A stretch of 27,245 bases of DNA, taken from IMG/VR virus record IMGVR_UViG_3300016472_000192, positions 1-27,245 of that record. The stretch is one strand, 5' to 3'. This DNA is from a virus (taxonomy: Duplodnaviria; Caudoviricetes). This document shows, piece after piece, positions 9,372 through 17,923 of this stretch; positions within the stretch are counted from its first letter, which is position 1; the number at the start of each line of letters is the position of its first letter. The notes beneath the pieces are model-generated. The model was not told the DNA's origin. It ran no database searches and saw only the letters and a program-made list of their open reading frames with translations. The position numbers and the translations under genes are program-made.

Positions 9372-11174
9372 ATGAGCGTAAAAGAAGAGAAATCAAGTAA
9401 CTTCTGGTCTTCTGCTAAAATCGAAAAATTAATATACGACGCAGAAGAAAATGGTATGGACTACAAGGACGTAGACAACCCATTCCATGAAAACGATCCA
9501 GAGCTTAGGAAAGGGAACATATTGTTTGAATACACAGAATGGGAACTTGAAGAAATAAAAAAATGTGCTGAGGATGTTGTCTATTTTGCTGACAATTACT
9601 GTCACGTAATGACAGACGAAGGAATTAGACAAATTACTCTTAGAGATTATCAAATACAGATCCTAAACCAATATCAACACCACAGAAAAAACATATTTGT
9701 TTCTCCCAGACAATCAGGGAAAACTATTACATCCTCTATATTTTTACTATGGTATTTGCTTTTTAATTTTGAAAAGAACGCTATGATTATGGCAAATATT
9801 GGGGATACAGCTGCGGAATTAATGGACAAGATAAAGGTTATTATGAAAGGTCTTCCTTTCTTTTTAAAACCTGGTTTAATTGTATACAACGTAATGACTA
9901 TGAAATACGATAACGGATGTCGTATAATGGCTAAGACGACAACTAAAACATCTTCTATCGGTTATACAATTCACATGCTATACATGGACGAGTTTGCTCA
10001 CATTAATCCAAATTTCATTAATCAATTTTTTAAATCAGTTTATCCTACTATATCATCTTCTCAGATAGCAAGGGTTATTATAACATCTACTCCTAATGGA
10101 ATGAATAAATTCTGGGAAATTTATAAGGGTGCAATCGAGGGAGAAAATGAATTTAATCCTATAAGGGTTGAATGGTGGCAAGTTCCAGGTAGAGACGAGG
10201 AATGGAAGAGAAAAGAAATAGCTGCTTTAGGATCTGAAGAGGATTTCAACCAAGAATATGGATGTCAATTCTTGTCATCATCTAGATTGTTATTGGACTC
10301 AAACACTCTTAAAAGGTTAAAAAGCACAGAGGAGCAATTTATATTTCATGAATTATCCTCATTCGAAAATAGTCCAATTGATTATTCTAATTTATTATGG
10401 CATCCTAAATTTGATCCAACATCTATATTTGAAAAAGATGGGCAGAGATTTTATATTTCTATAGATACAGCTAGTGGCGGCGGTGGTGATTATTCAGTTG
10501 TAAATATATTTAAAGTCACCCCTATGCCTTCTAATGTCATAAAAGGGAAAAAATTCTTTGAGGATGAAAGTGACTTTTTCTGTCTTTTACAAGTGGGAAT
10601 ATTTAGGTCTAACATTATTGAAATCGATGAATTTAAAGCTTTTTTAGAAATATTAGTAACCCACGTTTTAGGTCCAGAAAATACAAGGATAGTTTTAGAA
10701 CTTAATTACAAAGGCGAGATACTGATGGATAAATTATTGGATTGCGAAGAATTTTATGATGAAATGTTCGTTTACACTAAACATTCAGAAGCTAGCAGTA
10801 AATTAAAGCCTGGTGTAAAACTAACAGTTAAAAATAAAGAAAAGTTTTGCTATGATTTAAAAATAAATGCTAGATCATATAAAATAATACCATCTAATAA
10901 AAATGGTATACACGAACTTGCAAATTTTGGTATAAATCCTAATGGAAGTTTTTCTAGTCAAATAGGAAAAGACGATGAAGCAATGACTCTAGTTAACATA
11001 AATTGTGTGTTCGATGGGGATTTCCAAGAAACTGTCACAGACCTTTATGATATTATCCCAGAAAAATTTAGAAAACTAATAGAAGAAAGGCTTTCGGAGA
11101 ACGTAGATTCCCAACAAAATAAAACATCAGACATTTCAAACTATACTTTCTTAAACGGACTCCTTGATTCTTGA
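9372..11174 (+). CDS. terL: Terminase large subunit, T4 gp17-like
   Basis: LRDYQ adenine-binding motif, Walker A PRQSGKT, Walker B LYMDEFAH, TSTPNG, QEYGC.F, RNase H-like SIDTASGGGGDYS and DDEAM. Confidence 0.96.
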   Translation: MSVKEEKSSNFWSSAKIEKLIYDAEENGMDYKDVDNPFHENDPELRKGNILFEYTEWELEEIKKCAEDVVYFADNYCHVMTDEGIRQITLRDYQIQILNQYQHHRKNIFVSPRQSGKTITSSIFLLWYLLFNFEKNAMIMANIGDTAAELMDKIKVIMKGLPFFLKPGLIVYNVMTMKYDNGCRIMAKTTTKTSSIGYTIHMLYMDEFAHINPNFINQFFKSVYPTISSSQIARVIITSTPNGMNKFWEIYKGAIEGENEFNPIRVEWWQVPGRDEEWKRKEIAALGSEEDFNQEYGCQFLSSSRLLLDSNTLKRLKSTEEQFIFHELSSFENSPIDYSNLLWHPKFDPTSIFEKDGQRFYISIDTASGGGGDYSVVNIFKVTPMPSNVIKGKKFFEDESDFFCLLQVGIFRSNIIEIDEFKAFLEILVTHVLGPENTRIVLELNYKGEILMDKLLDCEEFYDEMFVYTKHSEASSKLKPGVKLTVKNKEKFCYDLKINARSYKIIPSNKNGIHELANFGINPNGSFSSQIGKDDEAMTLVNINCVFDGDFQETVTDLYDIIPEKFRKLIEERLSENVDSQQNKTSDISNYTFLNGLLDS

Positions 11175-11183
11175 AGGAAGAAT

Positions 11184-11191
11184 GATATATA
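11184..11191 (+). promoter_or_regulatory. Putative late promoter GATATATA (sheath gene)
   Basis: Recurrent octamer, 52 nt upstream of the sheath ATG. Confidence 0.55.
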
Positions 11192-11225
11192 CATAGAAAA
11201 AGAAGTTATCTAGAACTTCTTAGAA

Positions 11226-11233
11226 TATAAATA
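11226..11233 (+). promoter_or_regulatory. T4-type late promoter TATAAATA
   Basis: Exact T4 gp55 consensus, 10 nt upstream of the sheath ATG. Confidence 0.5.
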
Positions 11234-11243
11234 AGAATTAAAA

Positions 11244-14200
11244 ATGGCAAAACAAGTCAAACTTGATTTATCACAATTTAAAGCATCCGGCGTTTACACT
11301 TTAGAATTTGATGCGAGCGAAAACATTATAATAAACCCCTCTACGATAAGATTAGTGGTAGGATATTCTAATATTGGACCATTTAATACTCCGGTATACT
11401 GTCCGGACATCACTACTTTTCAATCGGTATTTGGAGGTATAGATAAAGCAATGGAGAAAAAAGGATCTTTCTTCCACAGATCTTCATTAGTTTGCTTACA
11501 AAGCGGACCTATATTTGCTCTTAATCTTAGATTACTTAATAACTCCGTAGACGAGAACGGAGATCCTGATTATGCAGCAGGAGCGGATGTTGCTAGATAT
11601 AGAGCTTTCTCTATGGACACAGAAGAGCCTAATGGTAATAATGCAACTGGAGGATATTCTGATCCACTAACTAAACAAGATAAATTATTATCATCATATT
11701 ACAACAAGGAAAAGTTCTGGTTCCCCGATACTACTTATTTACTAGCTACTGAGGACACGTCTGGAGCTCAGCCAGATTCTAGAAAATTATTTAGCTTAGT
11801 CAACTTAGGACAAAATCCAGTAAGTGTTATAGTAAGAAAATCATTAGACTCTAGATTTCCTTTAAGAGGGTTTGATATTACTGCTAGAGAATACTTTGGA
11901 CCAGACGGGGTTCCTTCTTATATGAACCAATATGACTATCTTTCTGATTGGTTTATAGATGTTATCGTTATAAGCGGTAACTGGACAGATTATCAAGCAC
12001 TGGCTAACGATCCCGTGTACAGCACTTATTTTACATCTAAAGGATTTATAAAATCACAAATAGATAATTTCTTAGCACAAGATGGAATTAACCTAGTACT
12101 TACTACAACTGGTACCGTAATTCCTAACTTTGTTGATCAAAATGGTACATTAAGATACATTCAGACTTTAATTAATAACCAAACACCTACTACAGGTATA
12201 TTCTGCGCAGTTAATGAGGAAGCTCTCGATGATTTATTAGACAACTCATCTGTTTTTGATCTAGTCGGGCACCACTTAGTTGATGAAATTGGTCCAGACG
12301 CGGATATTACTAATGTTCCTAAAGCATTAAACTTCCTTTCTTACAGCCAGAATTTATTTGCTGATTACACTTACTACAAAAACGTAGGTGGATCAACAGG
12401 GGGTACAGAAATAGAAGACAACCTTTCTCCTTCAAATCCAGGAATGGATATACTACCAGAAACAGGAACTCTTTTAGAAGACACTTTATTTAATGCAACT
12501 GGTGATGCCGGTATACCTACTACATTATTTGATACTTACAACTCAGCTGCAAGAGATGGAGGTGCTATTTATATAGACACGTTATTTACATCTTTAGTAA
12601 ATCATGATGATCAAATAACTACTCTGGATGAATTTGTAAGCGTTACAAGTACTTCTCCTGCTCAAAGATGGGTATTAGGTAAAGTTACCTCTAACCTTCC
12701 TACTCCTGGGTATTTAGGATTCTACGAGGGTGATTTAGTTAAACTTAAAATAGTAGAAGCTAAAAACATTACTAATTCTACTTTACCAGTAGGTGTTAGA
12801 ACGCAAATAAGATTAAGATTAAACCATCCGTTGGTAGGATCTACTGTTTCAACAACTTATGTTGAGCCTTATGATATAACTAATAAGAGTACGGCAGCTG
12901 CTTACCAAATAGGTAATCCAGATTACTTTGATAATGACGACGTTTACTTCTCACCAGATATTCCAGTAGGTACTGATTCATACCTAGCATATGAAAACTC
13001 TGCAATGTATAGGGATTGGGCTAAGGGAAATATCGGAGACGGAGACATCGATTGGAAAGACGATACAGGATCTTTGCTTCAATATTTAAAATTTGAGGTT
13101 AATGTCGATCGGGATGGCTACAACATCTTAGTTTGTAGAGCTTATGCGGATGATACATTTACAACACCAGAAGCTATTGCTACTTGGGATACCACCTTTT
13201 TAAGTTCACTTCCAGTTGGAACAAACCAAACTACAGGAGAAAGCTTTAACATAGTATCTACAGCTGGTAATATTAGTGACTATGTTGACATTATTACACA
13301 ATTACAACCTAATTTAATAGAATTAACAACCGCAGTTGCAAATTCTTCAGGAATAAAAGTTGGGGATCTATTGGTATCTACTGACGTTCAGATCTATGAC
13401 AATCCTTTAAATGAGAATTTACAATCTAGATTAACTAGAGTATTGGAAGTTAAAACTGTAGCTTCTGCAACATCTCCTGGGGTTTACACCGTACAAGTAA
13501 AAACTGAAAGACCAATCCAATTATATCCTGGAGTAACTACTAGAGTTTGGAAATTTAAAAATATCCAAGAGTTTGTTACTACTTTTAATTTCACTTATTT
13601 ACCAGGTGCAGACATTAAGGCAGCTTCTATGCCTAATGGAACTGACACAAGAATGAATGCTATCCTAGACGTACTTACTAACACAAACCTTGCTAGAACA
13701 TTAGCAGATACGGACGTAATCACATTCAGATACATTGTTGATACATTTGACGGAGGTATACAACCTAACTGTAAATATCAGCTTACTAGACTAGCTAAAA
13801 ACAGACAAAAATGTTTAGCAATTTGTAACTTACCTTCGATGAAGAAGTTTTCTGAATCTGTAGATCCTAGATTTACATCTGCACCAACTGCAACAGATCC
13901 AGCTCCACTATTACAAGCTAGATACATTGCAGACGGAGGTAACTTAAGTCTGAATCCATCATTTACCTTCTCATTACCTGATGAAGATCTCGGAGCTAAA
14001 TTCTCTGGATTCTTTGCTCCTTTCTTAACAATTAGAGAAAATAATAAGAATCTAAACGTTCCACCTTCTCCTTACGTTTCGAATAATTTTATCCGTAAAT
14101 TTATTACAGGCGAACCTTATTCAATCGTAGCTGGTCTTAAGAGAGGTATTATATCTGCTAACAACTTAGTAGGATTAGAATATGATTTCGATATAGAAGA

Positions 14201-14645
14201 TAGAGAATATCTAGAGCCTTTCGGAGTAAACCCAATCATAAGAAAAAGAGGAGTTGGTATAGTTATCTATGGTAACCAAACAAGCTACCAAAGAACTAAT
14301 TCAGCATTCAACAACTTACACGTAAGAGATTTACTAATCACAGTAGAATCTGCGATAGAAGAAATCTTATCGAACTACGTATTTGATTTCAACGAAGACA
14401 ACGTTAGGCTTGAAATTAAAACATTAGTAGATAATTACTTGAGTGGGGTAAGATCTGTAGGCGGTATCTATAACTATCTGACTATTATGGATTCTTCTAA
14501 TAACACTCCTGCAATAATCGATCAAAATATCGGAATCATTGATGTGATAATAGAACCTGCAAGGGGTATCCATAAATTTATTAACAGAATGACGGTAACC
14601 CGAACGGGAGGTATTGCTTCAGGCGGGTTCATACAATTCTCGTAA
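11244..14645 (+). CDS. Contractile tail sheath protein, T4 gp18-like, with large central insertion
   Basis: N-terminal SGVYTLEFD and GPFNTPV; C-terminal PPSPYV, AGLKRG, REYLEPFGVNPI, IYGNQT, SAFNNLHVRDLLI and FDFNEDNVR typical of sheath proteins; follows TerL. Confidence 0.93.
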   Translation: MAKQVKLDLSQFKASGVYTLEFDASENIIINPSTIRLVVGYSNIGPFNTPVYCPDITTFQSVFGGIDKAMEKKGSFFHRSSLVCLQSGPIFALNLRLLNNSVDENGDPDYAAGADVARYRAFSMDTEEPNGNNATGGYSDPLTKQDKLLSSYYNKEKFWFPDTTYLLATEDTSGAQPDSRKLFSLVNLGQNPVSVIVRKSLDSRFPLRGFDITAREYFGPDGVPSYMNQYDYLSDWFIDVIVISGNWTDYQALANDPVYSTYFTSKGFIKSQIDNFLAQDGINLVLTTTGTVIPNFVDQNGTLRYIQTLINNQTPTTGIFCAVNEEALDDLLDNSSVFDLVGHHLVDEIGPDADITNVPKALNFLSYSQNLFADYTYYKNVGGSTGGTEIEDNLSPSNPGMDILPETGTLLEDTLFNATGDAGIPTTLFDTYNSAARDGGAIYIDTLFTSLVNHDDQITTLDEFVSVTSTSPAQRWVLGKVTSNLPTPGYLGFYEGDLVKLKIVEAKNITNSTLPVGVRTQIRLRLNHPLVGSTVSTTYVEPYDITNKSTAAAYQIGNPDYFDNDDVYFSPDIPVGTDSYLAYENSAMYRDWAKGNIGDGDIDWKDDTGSLLQYLKFEVNVDRDGYNILVCRAYADDTFTTPEAIATWDTTFLSSLPVGTNQTTGESFNIVSTAGNISDYVDIITQLQPNLIELTTAVANSSGIKVGDLLVSTDVQIYDNPLNENLQSRLTRVLEVKTVASATSPGVYTVQVKTERPIQLYPGVTTRVWKFKNIQEFVTTFNFTYLPGADIKAASMPNGTDTRMNAILDVLTNTNLARTLADTDVITFRYIVDTFDGGIQPNCKYQLTRLAKNRQKCLAICNLPSMKKFSESVDPRFTSAPTATDPAPLLQARYIADGGNLSLNPSFTFSLPDEDLGAKFSGFFAPFLTIRENNKNLNVPPSPYVSNNFIRKFITGEPYSIVAGLKRGIISANNLVGLEYDFDIEDREYLEPFGVNPIIRKRGVGIVIYGNQTSYQRTNSAFNNLHVRDLLITVESAIEEILSNYVFDFNEDNVRLEIKTLVDNYLSGVRSVGGIYNYLTIMDSSNNTPAIIDQNIGIIDVIIEPARGIHKFINRMTVTRTGGIASGGFIQFS

Positions 14646-14654
14646 AAATTGAAT

Positions 14655-14684
14655 AAAAAAGGCTTAGATATCTAAGCCTTTTTT
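14655..14684. terminator. Bidirectional intrinsic terminator (perfect 30-bp palindrome)
   Basis: AAAAAAGGCTTAGATATCTAAGCCTTTTTT between the convergent sheath and nuclease genes; T-tract on both strands. Confidence 0.85.
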
Positions 14685-16259
14685 CTTGTATTCCCATTTT
14701 AGATTTCCAAAATCCCATAATTTATAATATCCTCTTTCAGTCATAATAACATCTTCAGTTTTGTTTTTGTCAAATCCCTCTTTAATTAATTTGTCTTTTC
14801 TAAAATTAAATCTGTGGTATCTTATGTTTGATTTACACCAATAGTAATTAGGTTTACTTTTTTCTATTAAGTGTAGTCCTAGATTTTGATAAAGATTACC
14901 TGTATACCAAGAATTGTCTTGATATGAGATGACCGAATCTGGATTATATTTTTCTATAAATTTATTAAATAATTTAGATGCACCTCCGATTACGGTGTAT
15001 CCTAACTTATTACAGAATCTGAGTAGCTCATATTCCCCTTCTTTCGCTTTTTGTCCTAGGGATTTTCTTTTGGAACCAAATGTCATAATTGAAACCAATT
15101 CAGAATTATAATAAATGCCAAATTTAATTTTAGAGGGTACATATCCTTGTATATGATTAGAATTCAAAAATTCCCTTTCATCCTTTGGACTAATCTGAAG
15201 TATGCTACATTTTCTTGCATATATTCTATTAGACATACCTAAAGCATTTGATATTCTGCTCTTTGTAATTTCTTTCTTTAGAATCCAGTTGTCCTCCCAT
15301 ATATGATATATTTTTATTCCTTTTTTCTCGATAATATTTTTTTTATCGAGATTCCCGTTTTTCCCTTTGAATACTTCGCTATGCCACCATATTCCATGAA
15401 ATTCAAATCCTATATTTAGTTCAGGTAAAAAAAAATCAATTTCTTTTCCTTCACAAATTTTACGATCGTGCACTATTATTTTTTCTTTGTATATTTCTTT
15501 TATGTAATCATGTAACTCATTTTCAGATTTAGACTCTGAGTAAAGTGGAGGGCTACATTCTAAACAAGGATTTTGTTTTGCAGATATTTTTTTATTGAAA
15601 TAAGATGTGGAAGATGTACTAATTTTTTGGCATATTTTGCATTTTATTTTAACTTCTTTGGTATTAAAATACTCAATTTCTATGGGTATACCAAATTTAG
15701 AAATTTTAGAAATTCTATTTTTTGAATTATTTTTAATAATTGATTCGGATATTCTCTTTCTATTTTCGTCTATCTTTATCCAGCTAGTTTCTCCAAATTT
15801 TTCTAGATTTGTTTTTTTAATCTTATTTTTTACCGCCTCATCCTTTCCTGGATTGTCCACTCCATATTTTGAAATAAAAGTTTCTTTTAATTTGGATTTA
15901 AAAGAATCTATCTGAAATAAATGATCAACGCCATAATTTTTCTGATAAAATTCTTTAATAGATCTATTATTTTCTTTGGCTATACATTTTTTATTACCGC
16001 AAGTTTTATTATATCCCTTTTTAAAGTTTCTCCAGGATCTAGGGTTCCCACATTCGCAAAGATTTATTTTTTTGTCCTCGAATATAAATTTTAATCTTTG
16101 TATATCACTAGGATTATTATAAAAAATAGTTATATCAATCGATTTATCGTATAGCTCTTTTTTAAGATCTTCGTTATTTTTAATTATTTTAGAAAAAGCA
16201 TTTGCTCCTTTTTTTTCACTTTTTATTAAAGTGTATTCATATAATAGATTAGGTTTCAT
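14664..16259 (-). CDS. Free-standing mobile (homing-type) endonuclease: Zn fingers + YGVxN repeats + Vsr/DUF559-like PD-(D/E)xK nuclease + C-terminal GNAT-like domain
   Basis: CECG...TCGNKKC and CKIC...CLEC Zn motifs; YGVDH/YGVDNP/FGETS repeats; SKSENE...EIDFF...FEFHGIWWH...HIWE nuclease pattern; IYARKC...NHIQG...ELLRFC...GGASKL...ISYQD...GNLY; antisense, Lys-rich, between sheath and tube genes. Confidence 0.8.
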   Translation of the reverse strand: MKPNLLYEYTLIKSEKKGANAFSKIIKNNEDLKKELYDKSIDITIFYNNPSDIQRLKFIFEDKKINLCECGNPRSWRNFKKGYNKTCGNKKCIAKENNRSIKEFYQKNYGVDHLFQIDSFKSKLKETFISKYGVDNPGKDEAVKNKIKKTNLEKFGETSWIKIDENRKRISESIIKNNSKNRISKISKFGIPIEIEYFNTKEVKIKCKICQKISTSSTSYFNKKISAKQNPCLECSPPLYSESKSENELHDYIKEIYKEKIIVHDRKICEGKEIDFFLPELNIGFEFHGIWWHSEVFKGKNGNLDKKNIIEKKGIKIYHIWEDNWILKKEITKSRISNALGMSNRIYARKCSILQISPKDEREFLNSNHIQGYVPSKIKFGIYYNSELVSIMTFGSKRKSLGQKAKEGEYELLRFCNKLGYTVIGGASKLFNKFIEKYNPDSVISYQDNSWYTGNLYQNLGLHLIEKSKPNYYWCKSNIRYHRFNFRKDKLIKEGFDKNKTEDVIMTERGYYKLWDFGNLKWEYKKKGLDI

Positions 16260-16264
16260 ATATT

Positions 16265-16270
16265 CCTCCT
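16265..16270 (-). promoter_or_regulatory. Shine-Dalgarno AGGAGG of the mobile nuclease gene
   Basis: Minus strand reads GCAGGAGGAATATATGAAA; an AATATATATATAG late-promoter-like run lies just upstream (16281-16293). Confidence 0.65.
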
Positions 16271-16399
16271 GCTTGTTTAACTATATATATATTTTATACA
16301 GAAAAGTTTCAATAAAAAAATATGCGATACAGATATATAGCATGATATAGATAATCTATTCGATTAGTTTTTCTTTTTTTGACAAAAAATAGAAAAAAA

Positions 16400-16407
16400 G
16401 ATATATA
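16400..16407 (+). promoter_or_regulatory. Putative late promoter GATATATA (tail tube genes); second copy at 16332-16339
   Basis: Recurrent octamer 10 nt upstream of ATG 16418. Confidence 0.6.
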
Positions 16408-16417
16408 AAATAAAAGC

Positions 16418-16990
16418 ATGGCAGGTTTACCACATTATACAAGTTCAAAGGCTTCGATTAACAAGTTTGAACCGGTTTTTCTTAACCAGTTTGAGGTTAC
16501 TATTACACCTCCAACGGCAATTCCTGTTCAAGTGGGAAATCCGGGAAGTGCTAATATACTTCTCGAGCATGTTACTAGGATATCCGGACTACAGGTTGAT
16601 CAGAATCCGGGCGAAACCATCCAACAATTTAAATTTGCTAAAAGATACTATTCTGGTGCTGCTCCCCAAAGAACTGGTTTAGATGTTGACATAGAATTTG
16701 AGGTTAACCTTAACGAGAATAATTCAATGTACGTTTTTAAAACCTTACGTCAGTGGTCGGATTTAATTTACAATCCACTTACTGGTGCTATGGGACTTAA
16801 AAAAGATTACACCGGAAATATTTTAGTAAATGTCTTCAATAAACAAGGGGACATATTTAGAAAAATAAATCTTAGAGACTGTTTTCCGAGTACTCCAATT
16901 AATGAAATGGGTCTGAATTATACACAAACATCCATTTACAAATTAACTATGCAATGGGCAGTTGATTATTTTGACGATGTATTTATATAA
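16418..16990 (+). CDS. Tail tube protein 1, T4 gp19-like
   Basis: NQFEVTI, LRQWSDLIYNP.TG, DYTGNILV, LRDCFP and WAVDYF typical of the gp19 family; 190 aa; downstream of sheath. Confidence 0.85.
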   Translation: MAGLPHYTSSKASINKFEPVFLNQFEVTITPPTAIPVQVGNPGSANILLEHVTRISGLQVDQNPGETIQQFKFAKRYYSGAAPQRTGLDVDIEFEVNLNENNSMYVFKTLRQWSDLIYNPLTGAMGLKKDYTGNILVNVFNKQGDIFRKINLRDCFPSTPINEMGLNYTQTSIYKLTMQWAVDYFDDVFI

Positions 16991-17000
16991 TAATTAAGAA

Positions 17001-17579
17001 ATGGCAGGATTACCACATTTTACAGCTGCAAAAGCAGCAGTACAGTTATACGAACCAGTATATCTTAACCAGTTTGAGGTTATTATCCAACCCCCAGTAG
17101 GAGTTGTTAATGAGCAAGGTAATGGAGGAAGAACCCTCCTGGTAGAAAACGTTCTTTCTGTTACTGGATTAACGGTTGATAAACTACCGACTCCAGCAGA
17201 GCAAAGATACAAATTTTCTAAAAGAAGATACGCCGGGGCAATAGTAGATGATACTGGAATTAAGGTTAGAATAGAATTCGAGACTAACTTGAATGATAAT
17301 AACAGTAACTATGTGTTTAAAACCCTTCGTCAGTGGTCGGATTTAATTTACAATCCTCTAACTGGTGCTACTGGTATTAAATCAACCTATGCAGGTGGAA
17401 CATACATACTTATTTCTATATTTAACAAGCAAGGAGATGTATTTAGAAGAATAAAGCTTTTGAATTGTTTCCCGGTTGATCAGATTAAATCTTTAGATCT
17501 TGATTATACAAACGGTACAACACCTTATAAAATAGCTTTATCTTTTAGAGCCGATTATTTCGAAGACGTTTTTAATTAA
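17001..17579 (+). CDS. Tail tube protein 2, T4 gp19-like paralog
   Basis: Clear paralog of the preceding gene (MAGLPH, EPV.LNQFEV, FKTLRQWSDLIYNPLTGA, FNKQGD, CFP, DYF.DVF). Confidence 0.85.
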   Translation: MAGLPHFTAAKAAVQLYEPVYLNQFEVIIQPPVGVVNEQGNGGRTLLVENVLSVTGLTVDKLPTPAEQRYKFSKRRYAGAIVDDTGIKVRIEFETNLNDNNSNYVFKTLRQWSDLIYNPLTGATGIKSTYAGGTYILISIFNKQGDVFRRIKLLNCFPVDQIKSLDLDYTNGTTPYKIALSFRADYFEDVFN

Positions 17580-17602
17580 AGCTAGGCCAAACAAATATAT
17601 AG

Positions 17603-17631
17603 ATGGAGGCTCGACAAAGCCTCCATTTTTT
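17603..17631 (+). terminator. Intrinsic terminator after tube genes
   Basis: ATGGAGGCT-CGACAA-AGCCTCCAT 9-bp stem followed by TTTTT. Confidence 0.8.
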
Positions 17632-17686
17632 GTTTAGACCCGATTCGAGCAAAAATGGCTAATTTAAAATAATATGGACGACGATT

Positions 17687-17908
17687 GTGAACCAGAAAAG
17701 AAGAGCAAGAATGGCTTCAGTTTGCTTAATTTTAGCAACTTTTTTCAATCCGTTTGGATTCGATATCCTTTTCGCAACTATAATGAGATGGACCGGTTCT
17801 TACTGGCATACAGTTGCAATTTTTTATTTCCTTTCGGCTCTGTTCTTTGGATTTTATTTCTTTTTATCTTCTAATGAGAAACTTAAAAGTAAAAACCCAG
17901 TAAAATAG
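17687..17908 (+). CDS. Small two-TM membrane protein, start uncertain (GTG 17687 or the downstream ATG)
   Basis: Hydrophobic segments VCLILATFFNPFGFDILFATIM and TVAIFYFLSALFFGFYFFL with basic ends; stops 15 nt before the next gene. Confidence 0.6.
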   Translation: MNQKRRARMASVCLILATFFNPFGFDILFATIMRWTGSYWHTVAIFYFLSALFFGFYFFLSSNEKLKSKNPVK

Positions 17909-17923
17909 ATATAAGGTAAAAAA

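Noticed and set aside
8019-9889. Short minus-strand ORFs over neck and terminase genes
   Set aside because: Fully overlap conserved genes; composition typical of reverse-complement frames.
9372-11174. Intein or intron in terminase (or helicase)
   Set aside because: Lengths are normal, motifs are contiguous, and no C...HN splice motifs were seen.
14929-15915. Plus-strand ORFs 14929-15111 and 15607-15915
   Set aside because: Shadows of the minus-strand nuclease gene.
16367-16399. T-run/A-run inverted repeat before the tube promoter
   Set aside because: Almost entirely A/T homopolymer pairing, weak and likely by chance.
11244-17579. Extracellular contractile injection system or tailocin (sheath plus two tubes)
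   Set aside because: Terminase, neck, helicase and recombination genes indicate a replicating phage.
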